A stretch of 64,000 nucleotides of DNA from Bryobacterales bacterium (GCA_965242705.1 OZ251486.1:719806-783805), one strand, 5' to 3'; positions 1-8,731 are shown, counted from the first letter of the stretch. Translations and numbers: made by a program. Notes: a model not told the origin generated them from the sequence alone.

Positions 1-8
1 CCGGCTGC

Positions 9-1136
9 ATGTCGCGCCACCGGGAGCCCGAATCGGGCGCGGACGCCCCCGCCGCGCTCGACGTCCACGCGAAACGCGGCGCGCGCGCTGGCCGCGTCGA
101 GTTGGCCGACGGCAAAGACCCTTGGGAGTACTGTTACGAGCACGGCTTTGCCGACCCGCTGCCGGTCGTGCCGCCGACTGCTGAGCGGGTCGAGCGAATG
201 ATCGCGGCGGCCGGCCTGCCGCCCGAAGATATCGTTGCCCGCGTGCCGCCGAATTTCGGCGCGGCGACGGTTGAGAAAATCGCCGCCAACGCGGTCATGG
301 CCGGCTGCCGGCCGGAGATGATGCGCGTACTCATTCCGCTGACGCGCGCCCTGTGCGACGAGCGGCTCGATATCCACGGCGTGCAGGGAACGACGCATTT
401 CGCCGCGCCGCTGGTCGTCGTCAACGGCCCCGTGCGCGGGCGCCTCGGCTTCGCCTCGGGCAGCAACGTCTTCTCGAACACGGCGCGCGCGAACTCGACG
501 CTCGGACGGGCAGCGCAGCTTGCGCTGCGCAATCTGGGCGGGGCCGTTCCCGGCGAAATCGACATGTCCACTCTGGGCAACCCTGGCAAATTCAGCTACG
601 TCATCGCCGAAAACGAGGAAGCCAGCCCGTGGGCGCCACTGTGCGCCGACTTCGGCATCGACCCCGCGCGAAGCGCGCTGACGCTGTATTGCTGCGAGCC
701 GCCGCGGGGTATCAGCGAGCATGCCGCGCGCGCCGCCGCCGTGCTGCTGCGCGCGTTCTGCCCCGTGCTGGCCAATCTCTGGAGCCGCCGCGTCTGCCGC
801 GCGCCGGAGGCGCTGGTGGTCATCGGCCCCGAGCACGCCGCGACGCTCAAACGCAGCGGCTTCACCAAAAACGACGTCATCGATTATCTCTACGAGAACA
901 CCGGCATCCCGCTGCACGAATACGACGGCGACGGCGGCGAAGGCGTAAAGGCGGCAGAGCGCTACGAGGAGTGCCTTATCCGCGGCGTGCGCTGCTATCG
1001 GAAATTCAACGGCCCGGAATCGATTCGCATCATGGTTGCGGGGGGCCCGGCGGGGAAATTTTCGGCCGTGCTCGGTTCCTGGCAGACGGGCCGGCGCGGC
1101 AGTCAGATGGTCTGTTATCCGATCGACGACGAATAG
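9..1136 (+). CDS. conserved hypothetical protein (375 aa, 11 Cys), immediately upstream of the selenoprotein candidate
   Basis: Long ORF with non-repetitive, host-like composition. It stops at TAG 1134-1136, and a GGAAGG lies a few nt before the next ATG at 1152. I recognise no named family motif. The frame is open to the window edge, so the true start may lie upstream. Confidence 0.6.
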   Translation: MSRHREPESGADAPAALDVHAKRGARAGRVELADGKDPWEYCYEHGFADPLPVVPPTAERVERMIAAAGLPPEDIVARVPPNFGAATVEKIAANAVMAGCRPEMMRVLIPLTRALCDERLDIHGVQGTTHFAAPLVVVNGPVRGRLGFASGSNVFSNTARANSTLGRAAQLALRNLGGAVPGEIDMSTLGNPGKFSYVIAENEEASPWAPLCADFGIDPARSALTLYCCEPPRGISEHAARAAAVLLRAFCPVLANLWSRRVCRAPEALVVIGPEHAATLKRSGFTKNDVIDYLYENTGIPLHEYDGDGGEGVKAAERYEECLIRGVRCYRKFNGPESIRIMVAGGPAGKFSAVLGSWQTGRRGSQMVCYPIDDE

Positions 1137-1151
1137 GGAAGGAACAAACGC

Positions 1152-1688
1152 ATGGCAACGGTCCTGGTCAATCCACTCGACGAGCAGGCGCGCCCCGAGG
1201 CGAGTCCCGCGCCGCGTCTCGACACGCTGCAGGGCAAACGCCTGGCGCTGCTCGACATCAGCAAGCCAGGCGGCTCGATATTTCTCGATCGCCTGGAGGC
1301 GCTGCTGACCGAACGGTACGGGGCAGCGAGCATCCTGCGAATCGCCAAGCCCACGTTCGCCAAGCCCGCGCCCAGCGAAGTGCTGGCGAAAATCCGCGAG
1401 GCGCAGGTCCATGCGGCGGTCGAAGCGCTGGCCGATTGAGGCTCCTGCACGACGTGCAGTTTGCACGATTCGATACGGCTTGAAGCCATGGGCATCCCGA
1501 CAGCGCCGGTCGCTACCGACGTTTTCCGCACCGCCGCGCGGGCGCAGGCCGCCGGGTTGGGCCGGCCCGATTACGAAGCGGTGTACGTCGCTCATCCGAT
1601 TCAGGATCGAACCGCCGATGAAATCCGGCAGCGGGCGGACGGCGCCGCGTCGGAAATTGTGCGCCGTCTGACCGACGGTTTTGTGTAG
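1152..1688 (+). CDS. selenoprotein candidate (178 aa with UGA=Sec at 1437-1439), motif U-G-S-C-T-T-C, 'UGSC family'-like
   Basis: ORFs 1152..1439 and 1461..1688 share a frame and the only stop between them is TGA 1437-1439. Read-through gives ...VEALAD-U-GSCTTCSLHDSIRLEAMGIPTAP.... The downstream piece has no ATG or RBS of its own. A hairpin lies at SECIS distance. Confidence 0.7.
1450..1472 (+). promoter_or_regulatory. candidate bacterial SECIS hairpin
   Basis: The upper stem CGTGCA (1453-1458) pairs with TGCACG (1462-1467), with loop GTT at 1459-1461 about 20 nt after the UGA. A lower stem CGA/TCG follows a 2-nt bulge. An alternative overlapping hairpin is CTGCAC-GAC-GTGCAG at 1445-1459. 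Judged by eye; not folded. Confidence 0.45.
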
Positions 1689-1731
1689 AATTCAGAGATG
1701 ACGCCTGCCCGCGCAGGAGTCGGAGCTCGGC

Positions 1732-2919
1732 ATGGAAACACCTACGGAAAAACTCCTTCAGCCATTCAAAATCCTGGTCGTGGACGACGAGCCGGACGTC
1801 GAACGTCTCGTGCGCCAACGCATGCGCCGGGACATACGTTCCGGGCGCTACAGCTTCGTTTTCGCCGGCAACGGCATCGAAGCGCTCGACGTGCTGGCGC
1901 AAAGCCAGGACATCGACATGGTGCTCTCGGATATCAACATGCCGCAGATGGACGGCCTCACCTTGCTGGGGCAGATCCCGAGCGTCAACCCCAACATCCG
2001 CGCCGTGATCGTTTCGGCCTATGGGGACATGAAGAACATCCGCACGGCCATGAACCGCGGCGCGTTCGATTTCATCACCAAGCCGATCGACTTCGACGAT
2101 ATGCGCATCACCATCGAGCGGACGCTGCGCAATCTGGCCATCTGGCGCGAAGCTCTTTCGTCGCGCGACAAGCTCGTCGCGCTGGAGAGAGAGCTGGGCA
2201 TCGCCCGGCAGATGCAGTTGTCGATCCTGCCCACGCGATTCCCTGTCGCCGCGGGCTACGAGGTGTTTGCCAACATGCAGCCCGCCCGCGCCGTCGGGGG
2301 CGATTTCTACGACGTGCTGCAACTCGAGGCAGGCCGCATCGGCTTGGCTATCGCCGACGTTTCCGACAAGGGGGTGCCGGCCGCCCTTTTCATGATGTCC
2401 AGCCGTACGCTGCTGCGCGGCGCCGCCATCGGCTGCAGAGACCCCGGAGACGTGTTGAAGGAAGTCAACAACATGCTCGTCTCGAACAACGAGTCGATGA
2501 TGTTCGTAACCGTTTTCTACGCGATTTTCGATCCCGTGAACGGAACCCTCACGTATGCCAACGGCGGCCATAACGAACCGCTTCTCGTCCATGCCGACGG
2601 CAGTTCGGAGCTGCTCCCCCCGACCGGAGGGGTCGCCGCGGGCGTGATGTCCGATTTCCAGTACAATTCCGGGAGCGTGAGGCTGTCCGCCGGCGATGCC
2701 GTCGTGCTCTACACCGACGGAGTGACCGAGGCCATGAACCCCAACGATGAGGAGTACGGCGTCGAACAGCTGCTCCGATTGTTCGCGGAGGGGCCTCGCC
2801 CGAGCGCGAAACAGACGAACGAAGCCGTCTTCCAAGCGGTGAGCGAGTTCGCGGAAGGCACCGCCCAGTCCGACGACATTACCTGCCTGACTCTCCATTA
2901 CAAAGGGGCCGCGGCGTGA
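1732..2919 (+). CDS. response regulator receiver domain fused to a PP2C/SpoIIE serine phosphatase (RsbU-like)
   Basis: N-terminus KILVVDDEPDV...DMVLSDINMPQMDG is a REC domain. The C-terminus has GGDFYDV and IADVSDKGVPAALFMM, which are SpoIIE/PP2C motifs. Confidence 0.9.
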   Translation: METPTEKLLQPFKILVVDDEPDVERLVRQRMRRDIRSGRYSFVFAGNGIEALDVLAQSQDIDMVLSDINMPQMDGLTLLGQIPSVNPNIRAVIVSAYGDMKNIRTAMNRGAFDFITKPIDFDDMRITIERTLRNLAIWREALSSRDKLVALERELGIARQMQLSILPTRFPVAAGYEVFANMQPARAVGGDFYDVLQLEAGRIGLAIADVSDKGVPAALFMMSSRTLLRGAAIGCRDPGDVLKEVNNMLVSNNESMMFVTVFYAIFDPVNGTLTYANGGHNEPLLVHADGSSELLPPTGGVAAGVMSDFQYNSGSVRLSAGDAVVLYTDGVTEAMNPNDEEYGVEQLLRLFAEGPRPSAKQTNEAVFQAVSEFAEGTAQSDDITCLTLHYKGAAA

Positions 2920-3350
2920 GCGAGAAACTGGTTCTGCGCGTCGAACCGCAATTGGCCGCCCTGGAGAAGATCAATGCCGCCGCCGAGGAGTTCGGCCGCG
3001 CGGCGAACTGGTCTGACGATCTTGTCTTCCAGGTCTGTCTGGTTCTTGAAGAGGTCGCGGTCAACATCGTCAAACACGGATACGGCGATGCGCAATCGTC
3101 CGGCAGCCGCGAGGCGATCGAAATCTCCCTGTCGTCGCAACCGGGCAATCTCAAGATCGAGATTACCGACGGCGGCCGAAGCTTCAATCCATTGACGGAA
3201 AGCCCCGAACCCGATCTGGACGCGAAACTCGAAGACAGGCCCATCGGCGGACTGGGCGTATATCTGGTGCGCACCATGATGGACACGATGGACTATCGGC
3301 GCAGCGACGGCAAAAACCATTTGACCTTGACCAAGCGGACGGGCGGATGA
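2916..3350 (+). CDS. anti-sigma regulatory factor type serine kinase (RsbW/SpoIIAB-like, HATPase_c_2)
   Basis: EEVAVNIVKHGYG (N-box-like) and IGGLGVYLVRTMMD (G-box-like). The GTG start overlaps the upstream TGA (GTGA at 2916-2919). Confidence 0.8.
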   Translation: MSEKLVLRVEPQLAALEKINAAAEEFGRAANWSDDLVFQVCLVLEEVAVNIVKHGYGDAQSSGSREAIEISLSSQPGNLKIEITDGGRSFNPLTESPEPDLDAKLEDRPIGGLGVYLVRTMMDTMDYRRSDGKNHLTLTKRTGG

Positions 3351-4522
3351 TGCGCGCGCCGAGACTGTTTCCCATCCTGCTGTTCGCGGCGATCTGCGCG
3401 GCTCTGTCCGCCCGCGCGGCTGACGTGGGGGTTTTCGACGACCGCGTTGTTTTCGGCCAATCCGCGGCGTTCAGCGGTCCCGCCGCGGACCTGGGCAGCG
3501 ACCTCCGACTCGGCATCGAGGCGGCGTTTCAGGAGGCCAACAGGCGCGGCGGCGTCCACGGGCGCAAGATCGAGTTGATTTCTCTCGACGACGCCTACGA
3601 GCCGGAGCTGGCTATTGCCAACACGCGCAAATTGATCGAAGAAGATCGGGTGTTCGCTCTGATTGGCGCCGTCGGCACGCCGACGTCGCGCTCAGCCACG
3701 CCGCTCACCGAGAGCGCGGGCGTGCCCTACATCGCGCCTTTCACCGGCGCGGCCTTTTTGCGCGATGCCCTGCGCTGGAACGTAATCAACCTGCGCGCCT
3801 CGTACGACCAGGAGACCGAAGAAATCGTCGCCCGCCTGACCGGCGACTTGGGCATCGACCGCATCGCCATCCTGTACCAGGACGATTCCTTCGGCCGGGC
3901 AGGCTTGCAAGGCGTCCGCAAGGCGCTCGACCGGCGCAAGATGGAGATGGTGGCCATGGGCTCGTATGTGCGCAACACGACGGCCGTAAAATCGGCGCTG
4001 CTCGATCTGCGCGCCGGGAACCCCCAGGCCGTTGTGCTGATCGGCGCCTACAAGCCGGTCGCGGCGCTGATTTCGTGGGCGCGAACCCTCGATTTCAATC
4101 CTGTTTTCGTAACGATTTCCTTCGTCGGCAGCTACGCGCTGGCCAAAGAGTTGGGCGCCGACGGATACGGCGTTTTCGTGACTCAGGTAGTGCCTTTCCC
4201 AACCGCCGACCTGCCCGTCATCTCCACTTACCGCCGGGCGCTGGCATCCCGCTCGCGCAAATCTTCTCCGGGTTTCGTCTCTCTGGAAGGCTATCTGGCC
4301 GGACGCTTGGCGGTCGTCGGCTTGCAGCGCAGCGGTCGAGAACTGACTCGAGACAGTTTCATCGCCAGTCTGCGCAGCGATGAAACGATCAGCATCAACG
4401 GATTCAGGCTGCGCTACGGCGAAGCGGACAACCAAGGGTCGAATTCCGTCTTTCTCACGATGATCGACGGCAGCGGAAACTATAAACCGATCCGCACCCT
4501 GACGGACGGAATAAAACCGTGA
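3347..4522 (+). CDS. periplasmic substrate-binding protein, type 1 (LivK/branched-chain amino acid binding-like)
   Basis: Signal peptide MMRAPRLFPILLFAAICAALSARA. The core VVFGQSAAFSGPAADLG...LIGAVGTPT is typical of the Peripla_BP_6 family. ATGA overlap with the upstream gene. Confidence 0.8.
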   Translation: MMRAPRLFPILLFAAICAALSARAADVGVFDDRVVFGQSAAFSGPAADLGSDLRLGIEAAFQEANRRGGVHGRKIELISLDDAYEPELAIANTRKLIEEDRVFALIGAVGTPTSRSATPLTESAGVPYIAPFTGAAFLRDALRWNVINLRASYDQETEEIVARLTGDLGIDRIAILYQDDSFGRAGLQGVRKALDRRKMEMVAMGSYVRNTTAVKSALLDLRAGNPQAVVLIGAYKPVAALISWARTLDFNPVFVTISFVGSYALAKELGADGYGVFVTQVVPFPTADLPVISTYRRALASRSRKSSPGFVSLEGYLAGRLAVVGLQRSGRELTRDSFIASLRSDETISINGFRLRYGEADNQGSNSVFLTMIDGSGNYKPIRTLTDGIKP

Positions 4523-6783
4523 TCGATCTATTCCATCGCTTGGCGCAGGCCGGCAAGCGCATCGCCGGACAACATCTGTTGAAGCGCCTGCTGCAAGCGG
4601 GCCGGAGCATCGCCGAGCACCCCCTGCTGAAACGTCTGCTGCAGGCGCGTCAACGCATCGCCGGGCAGCTCTATCTCGGGCTGGGCGGGGCGGTCGCGGT
4701 CACCGTGGGCGCCAGTCTGGTCGCCTGGATATCGTTCAACCGCATGGGCGACGCCCAGAGCGAAGTGAACGAGGGCAGCGTTCCGGAAATGGCCGCCGCG
4801 TTCGGAATCACGCAGCAAATCGGCGCGCTGGTGGCCGCGGCTCCGCGCCTGACGACCGCCGCCACACCGCAAGAACTCGCCGAGGTCACCGCAGAAATCG
4901 GAGCGGAGCGGAGCGCCTTCGAAGACCGCCTCGATGAGCTGGTGCATGGCGGCGAAGACCAGGAATCGCAGCGTTTCACGCGCATCATCGCCGAAAGCCG
5001 GGCGCTGATTCTGAACATCGACTCCATTGAAGACTCGGTCACGGAACGCTTCAATCTGGCCGCCCGCAGCGAAACCTTGCGCGCCGAGCTGGGGCAGTTG
5101 CAACTCGCCCTGGAAGAGATCATGGTCCCTTCCATCGACAATCAGTTCTTCTATGCCATGACCGGCTACCGCGACCTCGGCGAGCAGCCTGCTCCGCGCG
5201 GACTGCATTTCCGCGAAGACCAAGTCAACCGCTACCGCCACATGACCGAGTTGCACGCCGACGCCACCATTGCCACGCAACTCATGACCAGCGCCTTCAA
5301 CCTTTCGGACCTGCTCCTGCTCGAGCCATTGCGGGAACGTTTCGAAGCGGCCGTAGGCAGGATTGAGCGGCGCCTTGCGGCTCTCGACGGGACCCGGGCG
5401 TCAAAGGAAACCGCCCCGAAATTCGACCGTCTGATCGAACTGTGCCTCGGCGATGAGGGAGGGTTCGCTCTGCGCACGCAGGAACTCGAGCTTGCCGAGC
5501 AGCAACGCAATCTGCTTGCGCGCAATCGGGAACTCGCGCTCTATCTCGTCCTCGGGGTCGAAAGTCTCGTCAGCGCCGCGCGCGGGAACGCGGATGCGGC
5601 AACGCAGGCGTCCGCCGAAGCGATCCAGACCGGACGGGTCCTCCTGCTCGTGCTGAACGGGGTCAGCATCGTCGGCGCAGTGCTGATCGCCTGGTTGTTC
5701 ATCGGCCGAGTCCTGCTGCGCCGTCTCGACCTGCTCTCGGGCTGGATGCGCCGCATGGCCGGGGGCGACCTGCATGCCAAGGTCGAGATCGGAGGGCGCG
5801 ACGAAGTCGCGGACATGGCCGCGGCACTCGAAATCTTTCGCCGTCAGGCGCTGGAGGCCCAACGCCTGAACCTTGTCGAAAAACTGGCCGAAGAACTGCG
5901 CGGCAAGAACGACGAGCTCGAGTCCGTGCTGACCGATCTACGCCGCGCCCAGGATCAGATCGTCACGCAGGAAAAACTGGCGGCGCTCGGCGAGCTCACC
6001 GCCGGCGTGGCCCACGAAATCAAGAACCCGCTGAACTTCGTGAAAAACTTCTCCGAGGTATCCGGCGAGCTGATCGAAGAATTGCAGGAGACGCTGCAGC
6101 AAGGAGAAGAGCAGTTGACCGACGATCAGCGCGAGGAAGTTCGCGAGATCTGCACGGACCTGACCGAAAACCTCAACTGCATCCGCGAACACGGCGACCG
6201 CGCCAACCGCATCGTCCACGACATGCTCATGATGGGCCGCGACTCGGGCAACCGCATGGAAGTCGATATCAACACCCTGATCAAAGACAATGCGCTGCTC
6301 GCCTTCCACAGCGCGCGGGCGACCGATTCGAATTTCATCCTCGATATTCAGGAAGACTTCGACCCGCAGGTGGGCATGGTCGAAGTCGTTCCGCAGGAAA
6401 TCGGCCGCGTCGTCCTCAACATGGTCAGCAACTCCTGCCACGCCACCGACGAGAAGCGACAGGCCGTGGACGGTAATGAGCCTTATTCGCCCGTGCTGCG
6501 GCTGACAACCAAGCGCACCGAAGAAGGCCGCGTCGAAATCAGCGTCCGCGACAATGGAAACGGCATTCCCGCCGAAGCCATCGACAAGATATTCAACCCG
6601 TTCTTCACGACGAAACCGACGGATCGGGGCACAGGGCTCGGGCTTTCGATGTCCAACGACATCGTGCGCAAGCACGGCGGGAACATCCGCGTCAAGTCCG
6701 AGCCCGGCAGCTTCACCGAAATGACGATCGATTTGCCCGCGAAGGCTCCCGATGCGGAAGCTCCCGCGGCGGAGCAGGCTTAA
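4519..6783 (+). CDS. sensor histidine kinase with two TM segments, a large periplasmic region and a HAMP domain
   Basis: H-box AHEIKNPLNF. ATPase motifs DNGNGIP and GTGLGLS. A HAMP-like segment (RRMAGGDLHAKVEIGGRDEVADMAAALE) follows the second hydrophobic stretch. The GTG start overlaps the upstream TGA. Confidence 0.9.
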   Translation: MIDLFHRLAQAGKRIAGQHLLKRLLQAGRSIAEHPLLKRLLQARQRIAGQLYLGLGGAVAVTVGASLVAWISFNRMGDAQSEVNEGSVPEMAAAFGITQQIGALVAAAPRLTTAATPQELAEVTAEIGAERSAFEDRLDELVHGGEDQESQRFTRIIAESRALILNIDSIEDSVTERFNLAARSETLRAELGQLQLALEEIMVPSIDNQFFYAMTGYRDLGEQPAPRGLHFREDQVNRYRHMTELHADATIATQLMTSAFNLSDLLLLEPLRERFEAAVGRIERRLAALDGTRASKETAPKFDRLIELCLGDEGGFALRTQELELAEQQRNLLARNRELALYLVLGVESLVSAARGNADAATQASAEAIQTGRVLLLVLNGVSIVGAVLIAWLFIGRVLLRRLDLLSGWMRRMAGGDLHAKVEIGGRDEVADMAAALEIFRRQALEAQRLNLVEKLAEELRGKNDELESVLTDLRRAQDQIVTQEKLAALGELTAGVAHEIKNPLNFVKNFSEVSGELIEELQETLQQGEEQLTDDQREEVREICTDLTENLNCIREHGDRANRIVHDMLMMGRDSGNRMEVDINTLIKDNALLAFHSARATDSNFILDIQEDFDPQVGMVEVVPQEIGRVVLNMVSNSCHATDEKRQAVDGNEPYSPVLRLTTKRTEEGRVEISVRDNGNGIPAEAIDKIFNPFFTTKPTDRGTGLGLSMSNDIVRKHGGNIRVKSEPGSFTEMTIDLPAKAPDAEAPAAEQA
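4528..4671 (+). repeat. three imperfect tandem 48-bp (16-aa) repeats encoding the kinase N-terminus
   Basis: The units are LFHRLAQAGKRIAGQH / LLKRLLQAGRSIAEHP / LLKRLLQARQRIAGQL, directly before the first TM segment. Confidence 0.8.
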
Positions 6784-7118
6784 CCGCCGGCCGCAGCGAG
6801 CGCTTCTTCCCTGGAGGAATGGATCGCAATGATCTTGTCGAAGCCGCTGATCTCGAAAACGGCTCGAACCGTATCGGTGAGCGAGCAGATGGCGAACGCC
6901 GCGTCGCGGTTCTGCAGCTTCTTGGCGATCACCAGGAGAGCCCGAAGGCCGGCGCTACTGATATAAGAGAGCTCTTCGAAATCGATCACGACAGCGCTGT
7001 CGCTCTCGCTGATCGCGGCCTTCATGGCCTTTTCGAACTCGCGCGCATTAGCCCCGTCGATGCGGGACCAAGCTTTCGCCACCAGCACGCCGTCCGTTCG
7101 TTCGGTATTGATTTCCAT
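6780..7118 (-). CDS. STAS-domain anti-sigma-factor antagonist (RsbV/SpoIIAA-like)
   Basis: 112 aa with DFEELSYISSAGLRALL, the phosphorylatable Ser motif. AGGAGG lies 6 nt upstream of ATG 7118. The longer track ORF (to 7484) is an N-terminal over-extension. Confidence 0.85.
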   Translation of the reverse strand: MEINTERTDGVLVAKAWSRIDGANAREFEKAMKAAISESDSAVVIDFEELSYISSAGLRALLVIAKKLQNRDAAFAICSLTDTVRAVFEISGFDKIIAIHSSREEALAAAGG

Positions 7119-7375
7119 TTCTTTCCTCCTCATTGCTCGTCCTCGCGGACAAGCCCCGAGAAACTTTGATGCGTAAAGCTGAATTGTAGCCGAAGCGTAC
7201 CGAAATATTCTACACCTTTCGGCAAGCCGCGCGAAAAAGCAAACTTTTTGAGACGAGCCCGCGGCGCATCCGGCCCCGCGCGCAGGGTGATACAATGGCG
7301 TAACGCTGGCGTTTGGCGGCGCGGCCATTGGGTATGAACGGTTGTCGGCGGTCCATATTCGACCGTTTTGCCACG

Positions 7376-8731
7376 ATGTGCGCCGGCGCAACCGCAAAAT
7401 TCGCCGGCCGGCTGGGCGCGGTTCTGCTGTGCGCAGTCTCTGCGGGGCTCGCCGGCGGCCTGCCCCAAGCCGCCGACGAGACAACCTCGAAAAACAAGGT
7501 TCGGCAATACCTCGACAAAGCGACGCCAGGATTTCTGTCGCTCTCGGGCGAATTTCGCGTCCGCTTCGAGAGCCGTCAGGGCCTGGGCTACCGGGCGGGA
7601 ATCAACGACAGTTACAACTTGGTGCGCACCCGCGTCAATATCGGCGTCAAGCCGGCGCCGCGGCTGCGCTTCTTCTTTCAGGGCCAGGACGCCCGCGCCC
7701 CGGGCATCCGCGCAGGGCTGCCCAACATCGGGGTCTTTCGCGACACATTCGACGTTCGCCAAGCTTACGTCCGGATCGGCGGCGACGAATCTCCGATCAA
7801 CCTGACCGTCGGACGGCAGTTGCTGCTCCTCGGCGACCAGCGCTTGGTCGGGGCGCTCGATTGGGCCAATACCTCGCGGGAGTTCGATGCCGTCAAGCTG
7901 CAAATCCAGGGCGGCGGCGCCAAGCTCACCGTTTTCTCGGCCTCGGTCGTGCAGAGCGACCCCGGCCGCAGAATCAACCAATCCGCCGAGGGCAACAACC
8001 TGCACGGCCTCTACGCCGCGGTCGAGAACGTCGTCCCCGGCTCAACGCTCGAACCCTACCTGCTGTGGCAGACGATACCCTCGGTCGTCAACGAATTGGG
8101 ACTGCGCGGCGATCTCGATCGCTATACCGGCGGCGTGCGCCTGTGGGGCAAAGGGATCGGCCCTTGGGACTATAACGCGGCTCTGGTCAGACAATGGGGC
8201 GATGCGGCGGGCGCAGAGATCGGCGCCTGGGGTTTCTACACGGAACTCGGCTACACGCTCGATGCGCCCGGCAAACCCCGGTTCTATGCCGAATATACGT
8301 TCGGCTCGGGCGATGCGGACCCCGCGGACGGCAAGGTCGGCGGCTTTGTCGATCTCTTTCCGACGGCGCATCTGTGGTACGGCTACAACGATCTCGTGGG
8401 CTGGCGGAATATCAAGAACCTGCGCTTGGGGGTTCAGTTCCAACCGTGCGCCAAGCTCGGCCTGCGCTTCGATTACCACTCTTTCCATCTTGCCGACCGC
8501 AACGACGGGCTGTACAACGTCGCCGGCCGGCTGACCGCGGCGGCCCCGTCCGGCGGCGCCGCCGACACCAGGATCGGCGATGAGTTCAACGCCACGTTCA
8601 CGATTCCGCTGACATCCGTGCTCACCTTGGGCGGCGGCAGCGGCTACATGATTCCCGGTCCGTTCCTCAAGGCCAATACGCCGGGGAACGGCAACACGTT
8701 TTCGTTTCTCTTCTTTACCTACAAGTTCTGA
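7376..8731 (+). CDS. outer-membrane beta-barrel porin, alginate-export (AlgE-like) family
   Basis: Signal peptide from M22 of the ORF. FRVRFESRQG...VRTRVNIG...DVRQAYVRIG...GRQLLLLGDQRLVGALDWANTSREFDAVKL matches my recollection of the alginate_exp domain. C-terminal FFTYKF. Confidence 0.7.
   Translation: MCAGATAKFAGRLGAVLLCAVSAGLAGGLPQAADETTSKNKVRQYLDKATPGFLSLSGEFRVRFESRQGLGYRAGINDSYNLVRTRVNIGVKPAPRLRFFFQGQDARAPGIRAGLPNIGVFRDTFDVRQAYVRIGGDESPINLTVGRQLLLLGDQRLVGALDWANTSREFDAVKLQIQGGGAKLTVFSASVVQSDPGRRINQSAEGNNLHGLYAAVENVVPGSTLEPYLLWQTIPSVVNELGLRGDLDRYTGGVRLWGKGIGPWDYNAALVRQWGDAAGAEIGAWGFYTELGYTLDAPGKPRFYAEYTFGSGDADPADGKVGGFVDLFPTAHLWYGYNDLVGWRNIKNLRLGVQFQPCAKLGLRFDYHSFHLADRNDGLYNVAGRLTAAAPSGGAADTRIGDEFNATFTIPLTSVLTLGGGSGYMIPGPFLKANTPGNGNTFSFLFFTYKF

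Noticed and set aside
1445-1459. CTGCAC-GAC-GTGCAG hairpin as the SECIS of the first selenoprotein candidate.
   Set aside because: It starts only 5 nt after the UGA, has a 3-nt loop lacking GU, and competes with the better-placed 1450-1472 structure. I kept it as an alternative fold only.
353-1483. 376-aa plus-strand ORF overlapping the first gene and the selenoprotein gene in another frame. Similar cases are 7342..8175, 37722..38579 and 39041..40396.
   Set aside because: These are extremely Arg-rich alternative-frame translations of real genes. They have no independent support.
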